Positions 30,798 to 39,757 of a stretch of 64,000 bases of DNA are shown one piece after another; positions within the stretch are counted from its first letter, which is position 1; each line of letters begins with the position of its first letter. The translations under genes were made by a program, and so were the position numbers. Under the pieces are notes generated by a model. That model saw only the letters and a program-made list of their open reading frames with translations. It made no database searches and had not been told where the DNA came from. The stretch lies in the NCBI RefSeq assembly GCF_055900595.2, contig NZ_CM148325.1. One strand, given 5' to 3'.

Positions 30798-31666
30798 GCA
30801 GCTTCCCTCCCGAAGTCGAAATAAAGCTGCCCTCCAAATATTTCGCATGACTCAGAACAAGAGCCGGTATCGAATCTTTTAGCTCGTACCATGTCCTGAT
30901 ACAGGGCTTGATAATCATTTTCTGAATACATTTTCGCGATACCATCCAGCGACATTCTTCCTCGGTACATAATCTCCTTTGGTGTTTCCCGATGTCCGTC
31001 ACGCACATGCGATCCCGTGATGACCTCATTAAAAACACGCTGCAATCCCTCCTCATCTTTACAGGCAAGTCCGATTTTTTGCGTTGATTTTTTAATGCAG
31101 AATATGCAGTTACCGAGATGTTCCGGTATTTGCAAATCGAATGGTTGTTGCTTCCACCATGCGAGGATATCTTCCTTCTCAAAGTCTGACAGTTCAGCAA
31201 GATATCTGATTCCAGGCTTTGGCTTTAGCCGCTTCGGTTCATCAGCTCTGATGCCAATCCACGTGGTGTAATTCCCTCGCCCGAAATGGTCATCACAGTA
31301 TTTGGTGAAGGGAACGAGTTTTAATCTGTCAGTGCAGAACGCGCCGCCGACGTATGGAGTGCCATATTTCTTTACCATATCGATAAATGGCTTCAGAACA
31401 GGCATTTTCGTCTGAATATCCTTTGGTTCCCATACCGTATAACCATTTGACTGTCCAAGCTCTGGGTTGATATCAACCTGCAATACAGTGAGCGGTATAT
31501 CCCAGAACTTCACAACTTCGCGGATAAACCGATATGTCATCGGGTGTTCACAACCTGTATCCATGAAAACGTAATGCACGTCTTCACCTGCCTGTCGCTT
31601 TTGCTCCATTAGCCAGAGCAAATATGCTGACGTCCTGCCACCGGAGAAACTAACGACATTTATCAT
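30794..31666 (-). CDS. ninC: NinC (PAPS-reductase-like)
   Basis: 290 aa from [24 protein letters not shown] (SGGxxS PP-loop); its ATG overlaps the ninB stop. Confidence 0.92.
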   Translation of the reverse strand: MINVVSFSGGRTSAYLLWLMEQKRQAGEDVHYVFMDTGCEHPMTYRFIREVVKFWDIPLTVLQVDINPELGQSNGYTVWEPKDIQTKMPVLKPFIDMVKKYGTPYVGGAFCTDRLKLVPFTKYCDDHFGRGNYTTWIGIRADEPKRLKPKPGIRYLAELSDFEKEDILAWWKQQPFDLQIPEHLGNCIFCIKKSTQKIGLACKDEEGLQRVFNEVITGSHVRDGHRETPKEIMYRGRMSLDGIAKMYSENDYQALYQDMVRAKRFDTGSCSESCEIFGGQLYFDFGREAA

Positions 31667-32103
31667 GCAGCCCTGTCTCCCCATCTTGCTTTCCACTCCA
31701 GAGCCAGTCGCGCTTCGTCTGACCACTTAACGCCACGCTCTGTACCAAATGCCTGTATAAGCTCTAATAGCTCCGCAAATTCGCTTACACGCATCCTGCT
31801 GGTTGACTGGCCTATTACCACAAAGCCATTCCCGGCAAGGTTAGGAACAACGTCCTGCTGCTTTAATGCTGCTGTAAAAACGCACTTCCAGCTTTCTGCA
31901 TCCAGCCAGCGACCATGCCATTCAACCTGACGCGAGACGTCACCAAGGCAAGCCCAAAGTTTCCGATTTTGGTCTAAGCTGCGGTTACGTTCCTGAATGG
32001 TTACTACGATTGGTTTGGTTGGGTCTGGAAGGATTTGCTGTACTGCGTGAATAGCGTTTTGCTGATGTGCTGGAGATCGAATTTCAAAGGTCAGTTTTTT
32101 CAT
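31663..32103 (-). CDS. ninB: NinB (Orf) recombination mediator
   Basis: 146 aa, MKKLTFEIRSPAHQQNAIHAVQQILPDPTKPIVVTIQERNRSLDQN... Confidence 0.93.
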   Translation of the reverse strand: MKKLTFEIRSPAHQQNAIHAVQQILPDPTKPIVVTIQERNRSLDQNRKLWACLGDVSRQVEWHGRWLDAESWKCVFTAALKQQDVVPNLAGNGFVVIGQSTSRMRVSEFAELLELIQAFGTERGVKWSDEARLALEWKARWGDRAA

Positions 32104-32296
32104 GACTTCCCTCTCTAACAGATTTCAGGTTATTCCACTCCGTTACCGCACTGCGATAATTCGCGGCCGCCACAGCAGCGTGGTTAGCGCAGTAGATTTG
32201 GCACCCGTTCTCCATGTCGAATATTGTCGGTGATTTTCCGCATTTACATTTTTTGGCACGCGGTGCGTCTGAACACATTCCGTTAACGGTGTCCAT
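32084..32296 (-). CDS. Small Cys-rich protein, tentatively Lar-family (restriction-alleviation-like) zinc ribbon
   Basis: 70 aa. KCKCG...C.IYC followed by SAVTEWNNL, resembling the Lar-family ending A..AWN. Occupies the lambda ren slot. Confidence 0.4.
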   Translation of the reverse strand: MDTVNGMCSDAPRAKKCKCGKSPTIFDMENGCQIYCANHAAVAAANYRSAVTEWNNLKSVREGSHEKTDL

Positions 32297-32322
32297 TAGG
32301 ATCCCCCTAGTTCTTAATCCAA

Positions 32323-32351
32323 TAAAAAAGGGCTACTGTGTAAATAGCCCC
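32323..32351 (-). terminator. Intrinsic terminator after primase-helicase (tR2-like position)
   Basis: Minus strand reads GGGCTA-TTTACACAG-TAGCCC then TTTTTTATT. Confidence 0.65.
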
Positions 32352-32381
32352 TGTTATTAGCCCAGTGATGTAGATGGTCAT

Positions 32382-34262
32382 TTAATACTCCGTCACGTTT
32401 TCCTGTCGCCACGCCTCGTCATATTCCGATTTCGGCATATTGGCGATGTAGCTATATGGCGATCCTGATTCAAGTTGCAGGAACTGGTGCGATTGCTCGT
32501 CAAGGAACAACGGGACACCACCTTCCCAACCTTCGCCGTTACGTTGTTTTTCAAGCATCAAAACAGATGCCGGAGATGCCAGTAGCTGTTCGTCCTTCTC
32601 TGACATCTTTTCACCACTCTGAACTCTCTGTAACGCTCTCTCGCGAGCCTTGTTACGCCAGATGATGAAAAGGTTGTCTGTCAGGTCTGTTATCGCTCCA
32701 GAGCCTTTTACGTCCATTTTCCCGGTTGGTTTTTCTTCGCTGTCTCCTTTTCGCGAGTGAGTAACGAGAATGACGTGGGAGTTTGTTTTGTTTTTGAAGT
32801 CGCAAATCGAGTCAACAAACGCCTTCTGCCCGTTATAGTCATCGTCGCCTATGCCACATTTCATCAGGCTGTCGATGATGAATAACTGGATCCCGTATCG
32901 GCGGCGAGCGTAGTCGAATATTTCGATCAGCCTGTCGGCTTTCGCCGTTCCGGTCAGGCCAAACACCCAGAGTCTTTCGTCATAAAATTTAAATGCAGAG
33001 TCAATTTCCAGCACTGGCGGCATCTTGCAGCACGTTGCCTGACGGGTAAGGCGCTTAAGGAGAATACCAGGCTTCAGCTCAAGTGACGCGATGCACGTCT
33101 TCACACCCTGACGCATTGCCTCAAGTGCCATATGCCCGACAACCTCCGTTTTTCCGTGACCGTTCACACCATTGACCAGCGTCAACTCGGCCTCACGGAA
33201 CTGGAATTTATCTGCCAGAGATTCCCACGGTGGATTAAACAGATACTGCTGCTTGCCGTAGAAAGCGTTGATAGTGTCCTGGTAAAACTCTCGCGCGCTG
33301 TAGAGTTCTTCAGGATCGAAGTAGGATGCCGTGCCAATGTACTGCCAGATTTCATCCTCGGTAACACCGTTCATCAGGCATTCGTTGATGTCTTTGTACG
33401 GCAGAGTAACAAGACGGCAACGATGTTCACCGAGTCGGCTTGCGATTTCCCTTGCGGCTTCACGACCAACATCATCAACGTCCATCGAGATGAATATTTC
33501 CTCAAACCTGTCGAGGTTGTGATACTCAAACTCAATCCACTGCTGCTTAGCGCCTTTCCCGCCACCAAACGGCACGGATAACGCCGAGATGCCGTATTGC
33601 GCATAGCTCATACAGTCAATTTCGCCTTCGCAAAGTACAACAGCCCTCACGCCAGCGTCCAGAGCCTGCCATCCGAACAGACAAGGTTCGCAATCACCTT
33701 CTGCCATAATGACTTTCTTCCCGTCCGGGCGCTCAGTGCTGATTCGCTTGACCTGCAACAACTCACCATCGCGTTTGTACGGAATCACCAGAGCATCCAG
33801 TTCCCGCTCTCCATTCCACACCTTGCCGCTGACAACCTCGTATCGCTTTACGATTTCTGGCGATATGCCACGCGATTGCAGGTACTCAAGATGGGATTCT
33901 GTTCTGGTAACGTAGCGGGCTATTTTCTTGCGATCAGGTCTGGAGAATTTCTTCTCACGTTTGGCATCGAAATGGTGATCGTCATCCTTGATACCGAGAA
34001 ATGCTTTCGCTTCCTGCATAGCCTGATGCAGGTTAATTCCACGACATGCCATCCACAAATCAAGCATGTCACCGCCGTCTCCCTCAGCGAAATCAGCCCA
34101 TTTTTTCTTGCCGCTAAGATTGACCTTAAGGCTGTTTCCCTTGTCACCGTTGACGTTACCGGCAACCCACTCATGCCCCTCTTTCTTGCCGTTTGGCAAC
34201 AGGTGCGGAGCCACCCTGTCAACCTGCGCCCAAAGCAGGTCGCTAAGTTCACTTGGCGTCAT
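32382..34262 (-). CDS. Fused primase (Toprim) / DnaB-like replicative helicase
   Basis: 626 aa. Central ...VVLCEGEIDCMS... is a Toprim-like acidic motif. C-terminal LVNGVNGHGKT is Walker A, with ...LFIIDSLMK as Walker B. Replaces lambda P. Confidence 0.8.
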   Translation of the reverse strand: MTPSELSDLLWAQVDRVAPHLLPNGKKEGHEWVAGNVNGDKGNSLKVNLSGKKKWADFAEGDGGDMLDLWMACRGINLHQAMQEAKAFLGIKDDDHHFDAKREKKFSRPDRKKIARYVTRTESHLEYLQSRGISPEIVKRYEVVSGKVWNGERELDALVIPYKRDGELLQVKRISTERPDGKKVIMAEGDCEPCLFGWQALDAGVRAVVLCEGEIDCMSYAQYGISALSVPFGGGKGAKQQWIEFEYHNLDRFEEIFISMDVDDVGREAAREIASRLGEHRCRLVTLPYKDINECLMNGVTEDEIWQYIGTASYFDPEELYSAREFYQDTINAFYGKQQYLFNPPWESLADKFQFREAELTLVNGVNGHGKTEVVGHMALEAMRQGVKTCIASLELKPGILLKRLTRQATCCKMPPVLEIDSAFKFYDERLWVFGLTGTAKADRLIEIFDYARRRYGIQLFIIDSLMKCGIGDDDYNGQKAFVDSICDFKNKTNSHVILVTHSRKGDSEEKPTGKMDVKGSGAITDLTDNLFIIWRNKARERALQRVQSGEKMSEKDEQLLASPASVLMLEKQRNGEGWEGGVPLFLDEQSHQFLQLESGSPYSYIANMPKSEYDEAWRQENVTEY

Positions 34263-34366
34263 GATTCCCTCAGATTGAGATTTTTAAACCAGAAATCGAC
34301 AAATGAAATACTTAACCAGCCGTGGTTATAACCAGCGACCAGTAGCGATTTGATTTTTGATTTCAT
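34259..34366 (-). CDS. Possible 35-aa hydrophobic peptide between the O-like gene and the primase-helicase gene
   Basis: AGGTGA-N3-ATG. MKSKIKSLLVAGYNHGWLSISFVDFWFKNLNLRES. Its stop overlaps the primase ATG (ATGA). Below the ORF-track cutoff. Confidence 0.3.
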   Translation of the reverse strand: MKSKIKSLLVAGYNHGWLSISFVDFWFKNLNLRES

Positions 34367-34369
34367 GGT

Positions 34370-35230
34370 TCACCTGTCGAAAAACACGTAGCCAGTTTTC
34401 GATACGGTGATTGCGGATGATGGTTTGGATTGTGGTTGAATGGTTTCTGGCTTTTCGTCGTTCCAGCGTTGACCGTTCAGGTAGCTCGATGGTAACAACC
34501 TGTCGAATCCGAACTGCTTACCATTCCTGCATGCGATGTCTTCTGCCAACATCGTGGCAAACTCGCTTGCCGTACCCCTGGTAGTTTTACGCCATTCCCT
34601 GAACTGTGTTCTGAATGCCGAAGCTGCGTTTTTCTTCCCGGCTTTCCGCATGCCTGCACACCAGAATATTTCCTCGAATGCCTTGTCGGTTTCTTCGTGA
34701 CGGTCAGGTGATTTTTCACACTCCGTCCGAACACTTTCGGACATAGTGTTTTTATTATTTCTTTTTTCTTTTGTAATAGTTTCTTTTGTGTGTCCCTGTT
34801 TTGGTGACAGCGCTGTCACCATTTTGGTGACACTTTTTGTCACCAATGCAGTGACATTATCACCAGAGTAGTGACACCCTTCGATTTGCCATTCCTCGAT
34901 GTTCTTGTTAGGCCCGATTTGCTGGCCTTCGCGAAGGATAACCTTCATCGCGATAAGCTCATTCTTGGCCTTGTTTACCTTCTGTCTTGGCAGCCTGGTA
35001 ATTTGAGCTAACTGACTATCAGAGATGCGATCCATCTTTTTACCGTAGCCGTATGTTTTACGGCATATGGCGTGGGCAACCTTGCTCTGATTTTTCGTTA
35101 AATCTGCGCCGATAAGCTCTTCATACAGGGCATTTGCAAGACGGGTATAACCATCTTCAACTTCTGCCACACGACGCTCCACAGGCCGTTGTGAAGGCCT
35201 TAAATGTGTTACGGTTGCAAGATTACTCAT
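34370..35230 (-). CDS. Replication initiator (lambda O-like N-terminal domain)
   Basis: 286 aa. ...[48 protein letters not shown]... is typical of the phage O N-domain. Contains an internal iteron array. Confidence 0.85.
   Translation of the reverse strand: MSNLATVTHLRPSQRPVERRVAEVEDGYTRLANALYEELIGADLTKNQSKVAHAICRKTYGYGKKMDRISDSQLAQITRLPRQKVNKAKNELIAMKVILREGQQIGPNKNIEEWQIEGCHYSGDNVTALVTKSVTKMVTALSPKQGHTKETITKEKRNNKNTMSESVRTECEKSPDRHEETDKAFEEIFWCAGMRKAGKKNAASAFRTQFREWRKTTRGTASEFATMLAEDIACRNGKQFGFDRLLPSSYLNGQRWNDEKPETIQPQSKPSSAITVSKTGYVFFDR
34748..34880. repeat. ori: Replication origin: AT-rich tract plus four GGTGAC/GTCACC iterons inside the O-like gene
   Basis: TGGTGACAGCGCTGTCACC (34802-34820), TGGTGACACTTTTTGTCACCA (34825-34845), GTGACATTATCACC (34850-34863), GTGACACC (34870-34877). 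These are preceded by a T-rich tract at 34748-34800. Confidence 0.75.
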
Positions 35231-35369
35231 GACCTTTCTCCTTCTGCATCAGCTTCACTTTTTCCAACTCAGCCCGGAATCGACCAGGCTGCTTGAAGCT
35301 GGACAGGAAGCGATCACGTAGTATGTGTTTGTGAATTTTGTCCTGGTAAGGACTGAGTTGTTTTGTCAT
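35223..35369 (-). CDS. Small 48-aa protein between cII and the O-like gene
   Basis: ATG 35369, [48 protein letters not shown]. Its 3' end overlaps the O-like start. Below the ORF-track cutoff. Confidence 0.4.
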   Translation of the reverse strand: MTKQLSPYQDKIHKHILRDRFLSSFKQPGRFRAELEKVKLMQKEKGHE

Positions 35370-35377
35370 AATTACTC

Positions 35378-35446
35378 CTGTGGATTGATCCAGTCTTTCT
35401 ACATCAGGCCTCGAAGAATTCGCCGTTCTTCGGGGCTTTTTCTTTT
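35378..35446 (+). ncRNA. oop: OOP-like antisense RNA overlapping the 3' end of cII
   Basis: Plus-strand terminator GCCTCGAAGAA-TTCGCCG-TTCTTCGGGGC plus TTTTTCTTTT (35408-35446). Candidate promoter TGGTAA-17-CATAAT (35344-35372). Geometry as for lambda OOP. Confidence 0.5.
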
Positions 35447-35682
35447 GTCAGCATTCTGGCTACTTTCTTAGCCAGTTCCGCCAACTCCTCGTCTTCAACA
35501 CCCCATTCAAGAACAGCCAGAAGCATTCCCATTTTTGGGATGAAGCTGTCTTTCCATCGTGAAATTTGCGATTCATTAATCCCTAACGCGTCGGCCACCT
35601 TTCGCTGACCACGTACAGCAATTCGATTTAGGATGTTGCTTGTAATTGCATTCGCTTTCTTGCGAGTACTTGTAAGTTGCAT
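35404..35682 (-). CDS. cII: CII-type lysogeny-establishment activator
   Basis: 92 aa from [44 protein letters not shown]...LLAVLEWGV parallels lambda CII / P22 C1. The lambda-like leader is upstream. Confidence 0.85.
   Translation of the reverse strand: MQLTSTRKKANAITSNILNRIAVRGQRKVADALGINESQISRWKDSFIPKMGMLLAVLEWGVEDEELAELAKKVARMLTKEKAPKNGEFFEA
35636..35649 (+). promoter_or_regulatory. CII box of PRE (TTGC-N6-TTGC)
   Basis: TTGCTTGTAATTGC on the plus strand inside the 5' end of cII, oriented toward cro/cI. Confidence 0.65.
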
Positions 35683-35761
35683 ATGTAAGTATTTCCTTAG
35701 ATAACAATTGATTGAATGTATGCAAATAAATGCATACACCATAGGTGTGGTTTAATTTGAT

Positions 35762-35793
35762 GCCCTTTTTCAGGGCTGGGATGTGTAAGAGCG
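35762..35793 (-). promoter_or_regulatory. nutR: nutR (boxA CGCTCTTAC, boxB GCCCTGAAAAAGGGC)
   Basis: Minus strand reads CGCTCTTACACATCCCAGCCCTGAAAAAGGGC, downstream of cro. Confidence 0.85.
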
Positions 35794-35801
35794 GGAATGT
35801 C

Positions 35802-37154
<1,353 letters not shown>

Positions 37155-37203
37155 TCCCCACCTCAATCTCGATAACCAAAAACAAACTATTTTTCATTTA
37201 AAA

Positions 37204-37290
37204 ACAATGGAGTTTGTTTTTCACGCCCCTTTTTACAATATTTCTTGTTTACAACATACAATCTTTCTTGTAATTTTAAGCCATCAGCAG
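37204..37290. promoter_or_regulatory. OL1-OL3 operators with PL (434-type)
   Basis: ACAATGGAGTTTGT (37204-17), ACAATATTTCTTGT (37235-48), ACAATCTTTCTTGT (37258-71), followed by the lambda-like leader ATCAGCAGGACGCACTGACC. Confidence 0.88.
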
Positions 37291-37313
37291 GACGCACTGA
37301 CCACCATGAAGGT

Positions 37314-37346
37314 GAGGCTCTTAAAAATTAAGCCCTGAAGAAGGGC
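37314..37346 (+). promoter_or_regulatory. nutL: nutL (boxA GCTCTTAA, boxB GCCCTGAAGAAGGGC)
   Basis: GGCTCTTAAAAATTAAGCCCTGAAGAAGGGC. Confidence 0.85.
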
Positions 37347-37544
37347 AGCATTCAAAGCAGAAGGCTTTGGGATTGGATGAATGAGCAGGCTGATGCTCGA
37401 CCAATGTATAAACAGCGCTCATGGCAAGCAGTAACCAATCTGCGCCTCAAGACAGCGTCACTGGTAGTGCGGGCGCTCTAACCAGTAAGCCGGGGTTCAG
37501 CGCCGGCCATCCAATCACCAAAGCTAACTGACAGGAGAATCCAG

Positions 37545-37877
37545 ATGGATGCACAAACACGCCGCCGCGAACGTCGCGCAGAGAAACAGGCTCAATGGAA
37601 AGCAGCAAATCCCCTGTTGGTTGGGGTAAGCGCAAAACCAGTTAACCGCCCTATTCTCTCGCTGAATCGCAAACCGAAATCACGAGTAGAAAGCGCACTG
37701 AATCCGATAGACCTTACGGTGCTGGCTGAATACTACGAACAGATTGAAAGCAACCTGCAACGTATTGAGCGCAAGAATCAGCGCACATGGTACAGCAAGC
37801 CACGGAGTGAAATGGGTGTGACATGCTCAGGCCGCCAGAAGCAACGCGGAAAATCAATTCCGGCTTATTACGATTGA
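37545..37877 (+). CDS. N: Antiterminator N (lambda-type)
   Basis: 110 aa. MDAQTRRRERRAEKQAQWKAANPLLVGVSAKPVNRPILSLNRKPKSRVESALNPIDLTVLAEY... contains the Arg-rich motif. The C-terminal ~25 aa diverge from lambda. Confidence 0.93.
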   Translation: MDAQTRRRERRAEKQAQWKAANPLLVGVSAKPVNRPILSLNRKPKSRVESALNPIDLTVLAEYYEQIESNLQRIERKNQRTWYSKPRSEMGVTCSGRQKQRGKSIPAYYD

Positions 37878-37885
37878 GGTGAGAT

Positions 37886-38137
37886 ATGGAATTTCATGAA
37901 AGTGCGATTTGTGATTTTCGCGCTAACGCAAATTCAGTAAAACCACAGCCAATTGCAGTTCTTTTTAAAACAATGGGAGCGTGGGCTGTTTTATGCTTCG
38001 CCTCTGACGACACTGATGCAAGAATGGCAATAGGCCAAGAGATGGAGATGGACCCGACAAACGATGAATTCATAATTTATGGCGCTCCATCTAATTACTT
38101 ACTTGATACCTGCAACATTTACAACAAGGCTGCCTGA
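37886..38137 (+). CDS. Hypothetical 83-aa acidic protein (first gene after N)
   Basis: Strong SD GAGGTGAG; its stop lies in the loop of its own terminator. Confidence 0.6.
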   Translation: MEFHESAICDFRANANSVKPQPIAVLFKTMGAWAVLCFASDDTDARMAIGQEMEMDPTNDEFIIYGAPSNYLLDTCNIYNKAA

Positions 38138-38156
38138 TGGTGGCCTTTATTTTTTT
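38128..38156 (+). terminator. Intrinsic terminator
   Basis: GGCTGCC-TGAT-GGTGGCC then TTTATTTTTTT. Confidence 0.65.
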
Positions 38157-38196
38157 GCCGTAAATAATTTCATGATTATTACAATCAAGGTGATAT

Positions 38197-38385
38197 ATGA
38201 AACGTAAATTTGAAATTTGGTTGGATTCCGGAGCAAACATTCACTCTTGCAAAAAGACAGTTGTAACACTCGATGATCTTGGCTTATCCGAGAATGAGTG
38301 GAATGAAATGGATCAGGACGAAAAAGACGAAAACATGCGTGATGTAGCATTTGAAACGCTTGATTGGGGATGGAAGGAAATTTAA
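38197..38385 (+). CDS. Hypothetical 62-aa strongly acidic protein
   Basis: SD AAGGTGA. 16 D/E versus 8 K/R; sequence ...SENEWNEMDQDEKDENMRD... Confidence 0.6.
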   Translation: MKRKFEIWLDSGANIHSCKKTVVTLDDLGLSENEWNEMDQDEKDENMRDVAFETLDWGWKEI

Positions 38386-38390
38386 GTGAT

Positions 38391-38415
38391 GGCCGCATAG
38401 TCGGCCTTTATTTTT
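38391..38415 (+). terminator. Intrinsic terminator
   Basis: GGCCG-CATAGT-CGGCC then TTTATTTTT. Confidence 0.65.
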
Positions 38416-38444
38416 GGCATAAACAACAGAATAAACACAGCACT

Positions 38445-38558
38445 GTGTATTCATTCCAACGAGTGAATACACGGAGCAATGTCGCTCGTAACTAAACAGG
38501 AGCCGACTTGTTCTGATTATTGGAAATCTTCTTTGCCCTCCGATGTGAGGGCTTTTTT
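38445..38558 (+). ncRNA. Candidate small RNA unit (9-bp hairpin plus strong terminator), ORF-free
   Basis: GTGTATTCA-N10-TGAATACAC (38445-38472) and GCCCTC-CGATGT-GAGGGC plus TTTTTT (38535-38558). I could not place a convincing promoter. Confidence 0.25.
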
Positions 38559-38624
38559 ATATGCATACCAATAACGCTTCACTCGAGGCGTTTTCGTTAT
38601 GCAATCAAACAGAAGGAGCATCCT

Positions 38625-38795
38625 ATGCAACAGTTCGCTATTGCAGGGGCGGCATCGGTTCGCCCTTTCAACCCGATTTTATCGGTACAGCATTCACGAA
38701 AAAATATTTTAACCGGAGCAGACTTTAAACAACCAAGAATGAAAAGTTTGCTCGAAAAGCTTTGGGATATTTTGAAACAACAAGGCCGTCCATGA
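38625..38795 (+). CDS. Hypothetical 56-aa protein
   Basis: AAGGAG-N6-ATG at 38625; MQQFAIAGAASVRPFNPILSVQH... Confidence 0.45.
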   Translation: MQQFAIAGAASVRPFNPILSVQHSRKNILTGADFKQPRMKSLLEKLWDILKQQGRP

Positions 38796-38950
38796 GTTTT
38801 ACGGATAACTGGTCAGACGAAGAATTCATTCGTCAGATGAAAGAATTAATCGGTAACGAAGGAGATATTCATGTCACTTGCAACCACAGTGAAGGAGAGC
38901 AAGTTACAGAGACGCATGTACACGCAGAAAGCTCTCTGGTATCGCCATAA
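38792..38950 (+). CDS. Hypothetical 52-aa acidic protein
   Basis: ATG overlaps the preceding stop (ATGA); MSFTDNWSDEEFIRQMKELIGNEGD... Confidence 0.4.
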   Translation: MSFTDNWSDEEFIRQMKELIGNEGDIHVTCNHSEGEQVTETHVHAESSLVSP

Positions 38951-39041
38951 TGGCGACCGCGAAGGAATGCGGGTATGCCTTAATTTGTCCCGAGTCGAAG
39001 TATTAAATCAGCGTTATTTCCTTGGGCCATGTCCATTCTGA
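38871..39041 (+). CDS. Alternative-frame 56-aa ORF overlapping the previous one
   Basis: GGAGATATTC-ATG; MSLATTVKESKLQRRMYTQKALWYRHNGDREGMRVCLNLSRVEVLNQRYFLGPCPF. Ends 9 bp before the annealase ATG. Confidence 0.35.
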   Translation: MSLATTVKESKLQRRMYTQKALWYRHNGDREGMRVCLNLSRVEVLNQRYFLGPCPF

Positions 39042-39049
39042 GGTGATTT

Positions 39050-39757
39050 ATGGATTTGAATAAATTCGATGAGCCATTCAGCCCTGAAGATATCGAATGG
39101 CGAATACAGCAAAGCGGTAAAACACGCGATGGCAAAGTGTGGGCTATGGTGCTGGCTTATGTCACGAACCGGGCAATCATGAAACGCCTGGACGATGTTT
39201 GCGGCAAAGCAGGATGGCGCAATGAATACCGCGATATTCCCAACAACGGCGGAGTTGAATGCGGCATATCAATCAAGATTGATTCCGAATGGGTAACCAA
39301 ATGGGATGCCGCTGAAAACACGCAGGTAGAAGCCGTCAAAGGTGGTCGTTCCGGTGCAATGAAGCGCGCTGCCGTTCAGTGGGGAATCGGTCGGTATCTG
39401 TATAACCTTGAGGAAGGTTTTGCACAAACATCTCTCGATAAAAAGCAGGGATGGCACAGGGCAAAACTCAAGGATGGAACAGGATTTTACTGGCTCCCTC
39501 CATCGCTGCCGGGATGGGCAATCCCAGCATCAGATAACAAACCATCACCAGAAAATACCAACCAGAAATCTCCATCGGTTGACTGCGAACAAATCCTGAA
39601 AGACTTCAGCGATTATGCGTCAACAGAAACTGACAAGAAAAAACTCATCGAGCGTTATCAGCGTGACTGGCAATTAATGGCTGGCAACGAGGAGGCGCAG
39701 GCTAAATGCGTTCAGGTAATGAACATCAGAGTTAACGAACTAAAACAGGCGGCATAA
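39050..39757 (+). CDS. Single-strand annealing protein: Rad52/Rad22-type N-domain with P22 Erf-like C-terminal tail
   Basis: 235 aa. ...GGRSGAMKRAAVQWGIGRYLYNL is a Rad52-family motif. C-terminal ...TETDKKKLIERYQRDWQL...KCVQVMNIRVNELKQAA parallels the P22 Erf C-terminus. Confidence 0.75.
   Translation: MDLNKFDEPFSPEDIEWRIQQSGKTRDGKVWAMVLAYVTNRAIMKRLDDVCGKAGWRNEYRDIPNNGGVECGISIKIDSEWVTKWDAAENTQVEAVKGGRSGAMKRAAVQWGIGRYLYNLEEGFAQTSLDKKQGWHRAKLKDGTGFYWLPPSLPGWAIPASDNKPSPENTNQKSPSVDCEQILKDFSDYASTETDKKKLIERYQRDWQLMAGNEEAQAKCVQVMNIRVNELKQAA

Noticed and set aside
30772-31200. 142-aa ORF in an alternate frame of ninC, and plus-strand ORFs 30466-30850 antisense to ninD/ninE.
   Set aside because: They overlap genes whose translations match lambda Nin proteins and have no independent support.
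33597-34331. 244-aa plus-strand ORF antisense to the primase-helicase. Comparable antisense ORFs lie in the virion genes (15078-15602, 18145-18732, 20491-21015, 22821-23486).
   Set aside because: They are opposite to a tightly packed, translationally coupled operon. They have alternative start codons and low-complexity translations, so they were treated as noise.
38155-38182. Candidate sigma-70 promoter TTGCCG-16-TATTAC for the 62-aa acidic gene.
   Set aside because: The predicted start site would fall within or after the gene's Shine-Dalgarno sequence (AAGGTGA at 38187-38193), so the geometry is implausible.
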